NCBI GenBank assembly: GCA_041664365.1
Contig: JBAYKW010000001.1
Span: forward strand, 308,465-372,464
Source: Patescibacteria group bacterium
GTDB lineage: Bacteria; Patescibacteriota; Patescibacteriia; UM-FILTER-42-10
DNA length: 64,000 nt
Direction: 5' to 3'
Shown: one piece after another, positions 9,823 to 19,686 of the stretch
Position numbering within the stretch: position 1 is the stretch's first letter
How the letters are laid out: each line of letters begins with the position of its first letter
Program-made: the position numbers and the translations under genes
The notes under the pieces: model-generated
The model's input: only the letters and a program-made list of their open reading frames with translations
Told to the model about the DNA's origin: nothing
Database searches by the model: none

Positions 9823-9891
9823 AATTTAAAATGTAAAATGTATAATTGATCGATTTAAATTATACATTATTAATTATACATTATTCATTAT
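9823..9891 (-). promoter_or_regulatory. AT-rich promoter region for the GIY-YIG/rmlB/rmlD operon, with inverted aatgtat/atacatt motifs and TGTATAAT -10-like elements
   Basis: The 12-mer aaattatacatt (9858-9869) is shared with 12414-12425. The inverted halves are 9837-9843 and 9862-9868. Confidence 0.35.
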
Positions 9892-11178
<1,287 letters not shown>

Positions 11179-11380
11179 TTATTAATGATTTTAAGACACA
11201 AAAGCAGAGGAGCAAACCCCTACTTTTTGCAAATATTTACCCTACCTATTGGCCGAGTTTAACTGCTATAACTCCAAAAACCACAAATGCCAAAACTGCA
11301 AGACTAAGTACTATAACCAGTACTTTCATTGTCGGGCTTTGTTTGGAAAAAGATAGATTCATAAAGCTCATTTTGATTAA

Positions 11381-12313
11381 TTAATTAATTTTGCTTTTAA
11401 AATTACCCATAAAACGCGCTGAAATCTCTTTTTTTGTAAACCGGTGCTCCTGCGTACCATGATGCTCAATCGGGTAAGTTGCAACCAATGTGGCCAACTG
11501 AACAGATTTTTTTAACGGGTACTTTTTTATTATACCATGAATCAGCCCAGAACGAAATGCATCCCCCGCTCCGGTCGGATCTACAATTTTTCTGGGCTTA
11601 ACCGCCTTTACAGAAAAAGTGCCGTTTTCCGAAGTTACTTGCGATCCTTTATCACCTTTAGTAACAATTACCGTGTTAGTCATCTTCATTAATTTTGTCT
11701 GGCTAAGCTTCAGTCTTTTCGTAACTAAGGCATATTCATAGTCATTGACGATGAACAAATCGGAACCGTCCAAAAGATACCTTAAATCCTTTGTAGCAAG
11801 CGCTGGAATCTGCTGACCCGGATCAAAGATATAGGGAATATTTTTACTTTTGCATGTTCTGACCGTTTTTATCATATCCGAAGCATTGCCCGGTGAAATG
11901 ATGACCAGACTGTTTTTCCCTGGCATTCCGGGTTTTCCGACTGAATGGGACATAGCACCGAAATGGAACGCTGTAATCTGGTTATTCGACCTGTCTGTAA
12001 TAATATAGGCTCCGGCCGTTAATTCCGACGGTATAATTTTAATACCCGACGTGCTGATTTTATTTTTCTTAAGCCACACGGCATACGGTCTAAAATCCCT
12101 GCCGGCTGTGCCAACAATTGTCGGGTCATCCCCAAGCAGACTTAATGAATAAGCAATATTACCGGCTGTTCCGCCAAAGTTTTCTTTCAATACGTTTATT
12201 CCGAAGCTGACGTTGATCATGTGGACCTTTTCGGGCAAAATATGCTCTTTAAAACGACCCGGAAAATCCATGATGCGGTCATATGCCAGCGATCCTGAGA
12301 TATGTATCTTCAT
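11381..12313 (-). CDS. PfkB-family carbohydrate/nucleoside kinase (possibly adenosine kinase)
   Basis: GTAGNIAYSLSLLG and DPTGAGDAF motifs are the ribokinase/PfkB signatures. Its position next to ahcY suggests adenosine salvage. Confidence 0.65.
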   Translation of the reverse strand: MKIHISGSLAYDRIMDFPGRFKEHILPEKVHMINVSFGINVLKENFGGTAGNIAYSLSLLGDDPTIVGTAGRDFRPYAVWLKKNKISTSGIKIIPSELTAGAYIITDRSNNQITAFHFGAMSHSVGKPGMPGKNSLVIISPGNASDMIKTVRTCKSKNIPYIFDPGQQIPALATKDLRYLLDGSDLFIVNDYEYALVTKRLKLSQTKLMKMTNTVIVTKGDKGSQVTSENGTFSVKAVKPRKIVDPTGAGDAFRSGLIHGIIKKYPLKKSVQLATLVATYPIEHHGTQEHRFTKKEISARFMGNFKSKIN

Positions 12314-12444
12314 AATTTATTTTGTTTTAAATATTTTTCCGCCAAATGCTTTAGAATAAATTTAATGCGGCAGGTAACGAATAAATAATGCATAATTTAT
12401 AATGTATCATATAAAATTATACATTCTACATTTTACATAACCAA
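12314..12444 (-). promoter_or_regulatory. AT-rich promoter region for the kinase/ahcY operon sharing the aaattatacatt / inverted aatgtat-atacatt motif
   Basis: aatgtat (12401-12407) and atacatt (12419-12425); the 12-mer is identical to the one at 9858-9869. Confidence 0.35.
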
Positions 12445-12924
12445 TTAAGAATGCCGGCTCCAATCAAATCCCACTTTCGGATCATTATACGGCATGCGCT
12501 TTTCATCCGGCTCTTTGGCGTTATAACTCTCTGTGGTGTGATAAAAAAGCAGTACCGGCTCATCCGACAGCACTTTATAGCCGTGCGCAACGCCAATCGG
12601 GATAACCACTAATTTATAATCATCAGTCCCCGCATTGATCACTTGCGTCTCCCCTTTCGTAGGAGAATCCTCCCGCATATCATATAGCACAATCATTGCT
12701 TTCCCGGTTGCGACGAACCAAAGATCGTCCTGTTTCTCATGATAATGGAAAGCCTTAATCGTGCCCTTATATGCCACAGTGAACGTTGTTTGTCCGTATT
12801 TTGCCAATAAGTCCTCGTCATTACGTAAAACCTCCATCAGGAAACCAGGTTTCTCCGTGGCTTCCTCCGTATCAGGAATATCCTGCCTAACAATTAGTTC
12901 TTTGATAATTACTCCGTCAATCAT
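12445..12924 (-). CDS. rmlC: dTDP-4-dehydrorhamnose 3,5-epimerase-like cupin
   Basis: FHYHEKQDDLWFVATG...IPIGVAHGYKVLSD...YNDPKVGFDW matches RmlC. Confidence 0.75.
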   Translation of the reverse strand: MIDGVIIKELIVRQDIPDTEEATEKPGFLMEVLRNDEDLLAKYGQTTFTVAYKGTIKAFHYHEKQDDLWFVATGKAMIVLYDMREDSPTKGETQVINAGTDDYKLVVIPIGVAHGYKVLSDEPVLLFYHTTESYNAKEPDEKRMPYNDPKVGFDWSRHS

Positions 12925-12928
12925 ATGA

Positions 12929-13651
12929 TTATTTTTTATTTCTTTCCGCCACTATTTTATTAGCCCGATAAAGAGAATCAAACGTACCCGCGTCAGTCCA
13001 TAATCCGTCCAGTACTTCATACGTCATTGTTCCCTGGTTGATATAATAGTTATTTACATCCGTTATTTCCAGTTCCCCCCTGCCCGAAGGTTTCAGATTT
13101 TCAATAACATCCCAGACTTGATTATCATACATATATAAACCGACAACGGCCATTTTGCTTTTTGGATTTTTGGGCTTCTCTTCAATGCCTAAAATTTTGT
13201 CTCCACTGATCTCCGCAACACCAAACCGCTCCGGATCCGGTACTTCTTTGATAAATATTTTGGCTCCCTTTTCCTGTTTTTCAAAATCCGCAGCGGCTTT
13301 TTTTGCCACATTGTCTTCAAAAATATTATCGCCTAGGATTACCGCAATTTTATCTTCATCGGAAAAATCCTTGCATAATGCTAATGCCTGCGCGATTCCA
13401 CCCGCTTCCTCCTGTACTCCGTAGGACAAGCGGACACCGAATTCTTCACCGGAGCGCAGTAGTTCCAGAAAATGCCCGGCGTGCCCTTTACCGGAAATAA
13501 TCATTATGTCTTTTATCCCGGCATTGGCTAAAGTAAGTAAGGGATAATAAATCATCGGTTTGTCATAGACCGGGAGCAAATGCTTATTTGTTACCAAAGT
13601 CAGTGGCCTCAGCCTGGTGGCCTGTCCGCCGGCTAAAATTATTCCTTTCAT
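12929..13651 (-). CDS. rmlA: Glucose-1-phosphate thymidylyltransferase (short form)
   Basis: MKGIILAGGQATRLRPLTLVTNKHLLPVYDKPMIYYPL is the canonical RmlA N-terminus. Confidence 0.8.
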   Translation of the reverse strand: MKGIILAGGQATRLRPLTLVTNKHLLPVYDKPMIYYPLLTLANAGIKDIMIISGKGHAGHFLELLRSGEEFGVRLSYGVQEEAGGIAQALALCKDFSDEDKIAVILGDNIFEDNVAKKAAADFEKQEKGAKIFIKEVPDPERFGVAEISGDKILGIEEKPKNPKSKMAVVGLYMYDNQVWDVIENLKPSGRGELEITDVNNYYINQGTMTYEVLDGLWTDAGTFDSLYRANKIVAERNKK

Positions 13652-14064
13652 AAATTTTCTTCGTTATTTTCGTTAAGTAGCAAGATGGAAAGCAAGATAA
13701 TTATTACAGCGCTGATTATTGAAATTGCCAAGCGAAGCCAAAAATCTAGATCTAATTTATAGTAAATTACGCCAAATGAAACAATCCCCAATCCCATAAT
13801 GAATAAGTAATCAGTCAGACCGGTTTTCTTCCGTTTTACCTCTTTTTTTTCTGAAGCAAAGACCGGAAAACTCATTACTATCCCACTAATAATAACAATT
13901 ATCAAAATGATATTCAAATTGAAATAATCAGAGATAATATTGGCTAAAATCTGATCAAGTAAGTAAAACAACAGGAAACTCACCAGCATAACCTCAAATA
14001 TCTGCTGGTTAATATCTCTGGCTAGAGACTTTACGAGATTTTTTTTCTTATTCAAAATAAACAT
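13648..14064 (-). CDS. Small polytopic membrane protein (paralogue of the 15505-15753 product)
   Basis: Three or four hydrophobic segments. It shares the I-ISG-V segment and an overall pattern with the 82-aa protein. Its start and stop overlap the neighbouring genes. Confidence 0.45.
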   Translation of the reverse strand: MFILNKKKNLVKSLARDINQQIFEVMLVSFLLFYLLDQILANIISDYFNLNIILIIVIISGIVMSFPVFASEKKEVKRKKTGLTDYLFIMGLGIVSFGVIYYKLDLDFWLRLAISIISAVIIILLSILLLNENNEENL

Positions 14065-15515
14065 TATTTTCTCAGGGTTACTTTTATCTGGTTTATCCTA
14101 ACGTCCTTGAAATTCCCGATACAGGGAATTGAAAACTTAAACTTGACGCGGTCATTTTCTACATACAAATCGCTGATCCTAAATGTTTTTGCATAAATTC
14201 CGGAATCACTGTAAGTTGCCTCCGGCTTATAATAACTTGAAAGCAAATAATCAAAATCGGGGTCTTTTTTGCAAACCGGGTCCTCCAAATCAATTACTTT
14301 GAATCTACTGGTTAGATTTTCTATATTCTCGATACTAGTACTGGCTATACCATCAAACTCCATTACCAGATCACTTTTTGGAATCTCAACATTTCTTACT
14401 CCGGTTTTTGTTTTCGACGCGTAATATTTATTCAGTTTTTCTATCTCAACTTCCTTATCATCGACGAAAACCGTTTGTAGTCCCGTATCATGAGCCGTTT
14501 TAAAAACTATATTATTATTTACAAAGAAAGAAGATGAAATATTATCATCATCCAGCGACAATCGCCCCTTAAATGCCATGTATTTCTGTTTGGTAGTAAT
14601 TTTGGCAATATTGGTGTTATTTCCCGTCTCGATTTTTATTGTATATACCCCGGCCGGCAGATTTTCGCGTGTGATATGAATCATTTTGGAATAATCCGCG
14701 CCAAATACATTTACGAGCTTTGAATCCGGAAATTCTTCTACCAATTCCGAATCACGCAAAAGTTTTACATTTACCGGGTTTATGGATTTTGCCGTACTTC
14801 TTTGTTTAAAATAGAATTCATAGTCAAGTTTTTCATTTTCAATATAGGTGATTATCTCGTGCGATCCACGCAGGATTGTATCAGTTGTATGTTCAATATT
14901 TTCCGGATGATAATCAACCAATCGGGTCAGATTATTGGAATTCACTTGATAAAGTGCTACCGTGCTTTCTTTTGGTATCCTGTTCAAAACATCTGATAAT
15001 ATTTCCTTTCCTTGATTGATCGAAATACTATTTCTTTTATTCACTGCCTTTGGGTTTCTGAACAAAGACATATTATCCTCCGTTACTATCAGATTTTCCG
15101 ATCCTAAATCTGACACATATCTATTCTCAAGTGTTTCAAACCGGTATTGTGCTGTATCTTCAAAATTATAGGGTGTTCCGAATTGGACAATCTGGGCATT
15201 ACCGCTTTCGTAATTCAGTTCCAGATCAATATATTTTGCTTTGAACGGCAAGTTTACATAAAAAGACACAGGGGCTTCTTTAATTTCCTGGTAATATTCA
15301 CCGGTATTTTCATCTTCTTTTATCACTCCTGTATTTCCGGCAGCTGTAACTTCAGAAATGATAACTCCGGGCTTTTTAAATGCATATGTTTCACTCAGTT
15401 CTCCAAACAATATAAATCGCTTATTGAATGCAAACACCAAAATAATGACCGGAACCAAAACCAAAAGTATTCTTACAACCCTTAAAATTACTTTGTATTT
15501 ATTTTTATTTATCAT
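14064..15515 (-). CDS. N-terminally anchored extracytoplasmic protein, unknown function (paralogue of the 15743-16600 product)
   Basis: It has an N-terminal TM segment (ILLVLVPVIILVFAF). The C-terminal motif DRVKFKFSIP..FKDVRINQIKVTL resembles VIRFRISAPG..EGSIEVREIRITY in the 285-aa protein. Confidence 0.5.
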   Translation of the reverse strand: MINKNKYKVILRVVRILLVLVPVIILVFAFNKRFILFGELSETYAFKKPGVIISEVTAAGNTGVIKEDENTGEYYQEIKEAPVSFYVNLPFKAKYIDLELNYESGNAQIVQFGTPYNFEDTAQYRFETLENRYVSDLGSENLIVTEDNMSLFRNPKAVNKRNSISINQGKEILSDVLNRIPKESTVALYQVNSNNLTRLVDYHPENIEHTTDTILRGSHEIITYIENEKLDYEFYFKQRSTAKSINPVNVKLLRDSELVEEFPDSKLVNVFGADYSKMIHITRENLPAGVYTIKIETGNNTNIAKITTKQKYMAFKGRLSLDDDNISSSFFVNNNIVFKTAHDTGLQTVFVDDKEVEIEKLNKYYASKTKTGVRNVEIPKSDLVMEFDGIASTSIENIENLTSRFKVIDLEDPVCKKDPDFDYLLSSYYKPEATYSDSGIYAKTFRISDLYVENDRVKFKFSIPCIGNFKDVRINQIKVTLRK

Positions 15516-15753
15516 CCGATATTAGAGTATTTTTGACTGAGCCCCTATTATTTGTATATGTTACTGTAAAAACCAACCCGCTGATCAAGGCTACAATCAG
15601 AGGTATTTTGATATTGATTATCATTTCCAGAAATTCACCGGTAAACGTGTTAATAAGCAATAACATAATGTATGCAGAAACAGAAAATAAAAATACAAAC
15701 ATACTTGCCTTCATCAATAAATCATACAAATCGGCATTTTTATTAATAATCAT
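15505..15753 (-). CDS. Small two-TM membrane protein
   Basis: Two hydrophobic helices; overlaps both neighbours. Confidence 0.4.
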   Translation of the reverse strand: MIINKNADLYDLLMKASMFVFLFSVSAYIMLLLINTFTGEFLEMIINIKIPLIVALISGLVFTVTYTNNRGSVKNTLISDDK

Positions 15754-16600
15754 TTTTTACCTTTTCAATTATTTTGTCTATAAAATATTCCGCTGTTCTT
15801 GGAAGATCACTGATCGTAATCATAGGATTGCTATAGGTTATCCGGATCTCCCTGACTTCTATCGAACCTTCACTTTTTCGAAGCCCTGGTGCGCTTATTC
15901 TGAATCTAATGACTCCCCTTTCATTTTGATACAATTCGCCTGCATTAAACGTAATTTTCTTAACCAACCAACCATTTTCACCCACAGGTGATGAATAATC
16001 CGTAATAATGTATTTTAAAGAATCTAAAGATGATGAAGTGCCCAATTTTACTGAATTTTTACCCAAATCATAATCGAATTGTCCCACAACTTCGCTTTCC
16101 AGACTGTTATTATCAAAATCTTTTTTAAAATCGGCAATACTCTGATAAACATCTTCTTTCTGATATAGAATAACGTTTCCGTGCTGAATTTTTTTCCATT
16201 CTAAATTATCAATGAGTTTATTCTGAAGCGATTGATCGCGGTAGCCATCGGCATCATTTATATTCGCACCGATATTTAAATCAATCTGATTTTCATTCTT
16301 ATATACGATTTCCACAGTCACGTCTTCATACCATAGCGGACCATTCGCGTTGAAATATACCGAATCATCTTTTATTTTTTGAGACCAGACCCCGCCGTTT
16401 TCCTCAGGCGGAAGCAACCTTTGCCATGGCTCTAAATGAGAAATATATTCAGAATCCTCGCCAAAACTGTAGGCCACTTCAAATTTACCGGATGCCGTAA
16501 AAAAATGAATAAAAATAGTGTAAAACAATAAGAAAGTTAATACAACAGTCACTCCCTTAACAATCCATAATAGAATTACGAATAAGTTTTTATTGCTCAT
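15743..16600 (-). CDS. N-terminally anchored extracytoplasmic protein, unknown function
   Basis: It has an N-terminal TM segment (LFVILLWIVKGVTVVLTFLLFYTIFI). It is the first gene of a minus-strand operon that continues into rmlAC. Confidence 0.5.
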   Translation of the reverse strand: MSNKNLFVILLWIVKGVTVVLTFLLFYTIFIHFFTASGKFEVAYSFGEDSEYISHLEPWQRLLPPEENGGVWSQKIKDDSVYFNANGPLWYEDVTVEIVYKNENQIDLNIGANINDADGYRDQSLQNKLIDNLEWKKIQHGNVILYQKEDVYQSIADFKKDFDNNSLESEVVGQFDYDLGKNSVKLGTSSSLDSLKYIITDYSSPVGENGWLVKKITFNAGELYQNERGVIRFRISAPGLRKSEGSIEVREIRITYSNPMITISDLPRTAEYFIDKIIEKVKNDY

Positions 16601-16814
16601 AACAGCTGTTATTTTACTAATTTTGATGCTCTAAGTCAACTTATATGTTTTCCAAACATTGATGATTATTTACATTGTGATTTTCAATTCACTTGGTATA
16701 TGTTAATATGTAACTTGAATTTGTTAATATTTTTTGGTATTTTTCATTCTACTTCCAAGATTGTAGCTTTATTTCATTTATACATAAGTTAATATTTTAT
16801 TAAAAAACAATTAT

Positions 16815-17999
16815 ATGGACAACAATACAAAAAATAGTTTTTTAGAAGAAATCCAGACAATCAAAAGTAATAATCTTTATAAAAACGAGCGGGTTTTGGA
16901 GACACCTCAAGGCGCACAGATTGAAGTTAAGGGTAAAAAACTTTTAAATTTTTGCGCAAACAACTACCTGGGTCTTTCCAATAATCCGGATGTGATTTCG
17001 GCAGCGAAAGATGCCCTGGATCAATGGGGCTACGGATTATCATCCGTACGGTTTATTTGCGGCACGCAAACGATCCATAAAACACTGGAAAATAAATTGT
17101 CGGAGTTTCTCGGTACAGAAGATACGATACTGTATTCCTCCTGTTTTGATGCCAATACCGGTCTATTTGAAACGATTACTTCAAATGAAGATGTGATTAT
17201 TTCTGATGAACTTAACCATGCCAGTATTATTGACGGCGTACGTCTCTCTAAAGCAGAAAGAAAAATATTCCGGCACATGGATATGGCGGATTTAGAGGAA
17301 AAACTAAGTGAAAGCAAGGATTTCCGTAGAAAAGTGATAGCTACGGACGGCGTATTCAGCATGGACGGACATATTGCGGATATTAAATCCATCTGTGATC
17401 TGGCGGAAAAATACGGGGCGCTAGTTGTCGTTGATGATTCTCATGCATCAGGATTTATAGGTAAAACCGGCAAAGGAACTCCGGAACACTATAATGTTTC
17501 CGAAAAAGTTGATTTAGTTACCGGGACACTTGGCAAAGCCCTGGGGGGTTCGTCCGGCGGATTTGTGTCGGGTCGCAAGGAAATCATTGAACTCCTGCGC
17601 CAGCGTTCCAGAACGTATCTTTTTTCCAATTCTCTCTCCCCGCTTGTAACGGCGACATCTATTGCAATCTTGGATATTATCGAAAAAAATCCCTCATTCC
17701 GTGAAAATGTTATGGATAATGCAAAATATTTCCGAACCGAAATGACCAGAATTGGGTTTGATATTAAGGAAGGTATTCATCCGATCGTTCCGATCATGCT
17801 GAATGAATCAGAATTGGCCCAAAAAATGGCGGAAGATCTGCTTCAGGAAGGAATTTACGTAATCGGGTTCTACTATCCTGTCGTGCCACAAGGTAAAGCC
17901 AGAATCAGAGTACAAATATCTGCAGCACACAGTAAGGCGGACTTGGATAAGGCCATTTCAGCTTTTGAGAAGATTGGGAAGAAATACGAGATTATATAA
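16815..17999 (+). CDS. kbl: 2-amino-3-ketobutyrate CoA ligase (glycine C-acetyltransferase), AONS family
   Basis: NFCANNYLGL, SVRFICGTQ, DELNHASIIDG, SMDG and TLGKALGG are near-identical to Kbl signature segments. Confidence 0.85.
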   Translation: MDNNTKNSFLEEIQTIKSNNLYKNERVLETPQGAQIEVKGKKLLNFCANNYLGLSNNPDVISAAKDALDQWGYGLSSVRFICGTQTIHKTLENKLSEFLGTEDTILYSSCFDANTGLFETITSNEDVIISDELNHASIIDGVRLSKAERKIFRHMDMADLEEKLSESKDFRRKVIATDGVFSMDGHIADIKSICDLAEKYGALVVVDDSHASGFIGKTGKGTPEHYNVSEKVDLVTGTLGKALGGSSGGFVSGRKEIIELLRQRSRTYLFSNSLSPLVTATSIAILDIIEKNPSFRENVMDNAKYFRTEMTRIGFDIKEGIHPIVPIMLNESELAQKMAEDLLQEGIYVIGFYYPVVPQGKARIRVQISAAHSKADLDKAISAFEKIGKKYEII

Positions 18000-18079
18000 A
18001 GTATCAAATTGCCGGTCATTTCAACTTCTTCACTGATAAATCAATTTGCATCTAAATTTAAGCACCAATATGATTCCAC

Positions 18080-18108
18080 TTGAAAAAGCGGTCAATTTAT
18101 ATTATGAT
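18080..18108 (+). promoter_or_regulatory. Candidate sigma70 promoter for the gmd operon
   Basis: TTGAAA (18080-18085), a 17-nt spacer, then TATGAT (18103-18108). Confidence 0.3.
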
Positions 18109-18194
18109 ATAGAAGATATTTTGGGCAATAATAGGCATTTTAACTTATTATCGAATACCTTTTAGATTAACCATTGAATAAATAAAAGTAACTT

Positions 18195-19229
18195 ATGAAA
18201 AAAGCACTAATTACTGGCATAACAGGACAAGACGGCTCATATTTAGCAGAATTTCTGCTTGATAAGGGATATGAAGTACACGGCATTATCCGACGTGCAT
18301 CAACTTTTAATACTAAACGAATTGATCATATTTTTCAGGATCCACACGCAAAGAATCAAAAGCTATTTCTTCATTACGGCGATTTAACAGATTCCTCCAA
18401 TTTAGCTAGGCTTATCGAAAAAATTGTGCCGGATGAACTGTATAATTTGGGAGCACAAAGCCATGTTAAAGCCAGCTTTGAAATCCCGGAATATACTGGT
18501 GATGCAGATGCACTTGGTGTTACGCGTTTATTCGAGGCAATCCGCGAAACAAGAGTAAATACAAAATTCTATCAGGCTTCTTCAAGCGAAATGTTCGGTA
18601 AAGTGTTAGAGATACCACAAAAAGAAACAACTCCCTTTTACCCACGCAGTCCATACGGAGTAGCTAAGGTGTATGCATATTGGATGACGGTCAATTATCG
18701 TGAGAGTTACGGATTATTCGCCTGTAACGGTATTTTATTCAACCACGAATCCCCCCGCCGAGGAGAAACATTCGTCACCAGAAAAATCACCCGTGCACTG
18801 GCAAGAATCAAGTTGGGTATGGATAAAAAATTATATCTCGGCAATTTAGATGCTAAAAGAGATTGGGGATACGCCAAGGATTATGTCGAAGCCATGTGGA
18901 TGATGCTTCAACAAGAAAAACCCGATGACTATGTGATTGCAACCGGAGAAAATCATTCTGTAAGGGAATTTGTGGAAATCGCAGGAAAATTACTTGGGTT
19001 TGATATTCAATGGACAGGTAAAGGATTAGAGGAAAAAGGAATTGATGCAAAAACCGGCGAAACCATAATTGAGATAGATCCCCACTATTTTCGACCAGCA
19101 GAAGTTGATCTTTTGATCGGCGACCCCAGTAAAGCAGAAAAGATTCTCGGTTGGAAGCCAAAAGTTAAATTCCAAGACCTTATTAAACTAATGACAGAAG
19201 CTGATTTTGAGAATGAGAAAAAAAGATAA
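18195..19229 (+). CDS. gmd: GDP-mannose 4,6-dehydratase
   Basis: [34 protein letters not shown] is the canonical Gmd start; the length is 344 aa. Confidence 0.9.
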   Translation: MKKALITGITGQDGSYLAEFLLDKGYEVHGIIRRASTFNTKRIDHIFQDPHAKNQKLFLHYGDLTDSSNLARLIEKIVPDELYNLGAQSHVKASFEIPEYTGDADALGVTRLFEAIRETRVNTKFYQASSSEMFGKVLEIPQKETTPFYPRSPYGVAKVYAYWMTVNYRESYGLFACNGILFNHESPRRGETFVTRKITRALARIKLGMDKKLYLGNLDAKRDWGYAKDYVEAMWMMLQQEKPDDYVIATGENHSVREFVEIAGKLLGFDIQWTGKGLEEKGIDAKTGETIIEIDPHYFRPAEVDLLIGDPSKAEKILGWKPKVKFQDLIKLMTEADFENEKKR

Positions 19230-19686
19230 TAGTAATAGTTGGATAGCGGACAACAAATATAAAGAATTCATGGAAGAACTTCCTATTTGCACTGTTGATA
19301 TACTTTTTTTTAATCATAATAAACAAAGTGTTCTACTCTTAAAAAGAGTAAATAAACCGCTTAAAAACGCGTACTTTTCTCCCGGTGGTCGGATGATAAA
19401 AAATGAAACATTTGAAGATTGTGCGGTCCGACAGGCAAAAACTGAATTAGGCTTAAAGATAGATAAGAAAAAACTGGTTTTTGGCGGAGTAATTAATGAG
19501 ATCCACAAGGAATCCATTTATCCGAAAACCAATTATCATTGCGTTAATGTTTATTTCGGCTATGTCCTAACTAAAACAAAAATCAAACTTGATTCACAGC
19601 ATAGCTCCGCAGAATGGTTTTTAGTCGGGAACAAAAAACTGCATCCATTAATTAAAGCAAAAATTAAATCTTTTATAAAAATATGA
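19207..19686 (+). CDS. gmm: Nudix hydrolase, GDP-mannose mannosyl hydrolase-like
   Basis: It has a Nudix-box-like segment ([23 protein letters not shown]) and the gmd-adjacent position seen in colanic-acid-type clusters. Confidence 0.55.
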   Translation: MRMRKKDNSNSWIADNKYKEFMEELPICTVDILFFNHNKQSVLLLKRVNKPLKNAYFSPGGRMIKNETFEDCAVRQAKTELGLKIDKKKLVFGGVINEIHKESIYPKTNYHCVNVYFGYVLTKTKIKLDSQHSSAEWFLVGNKKLHPLIKAKIKSFIKI

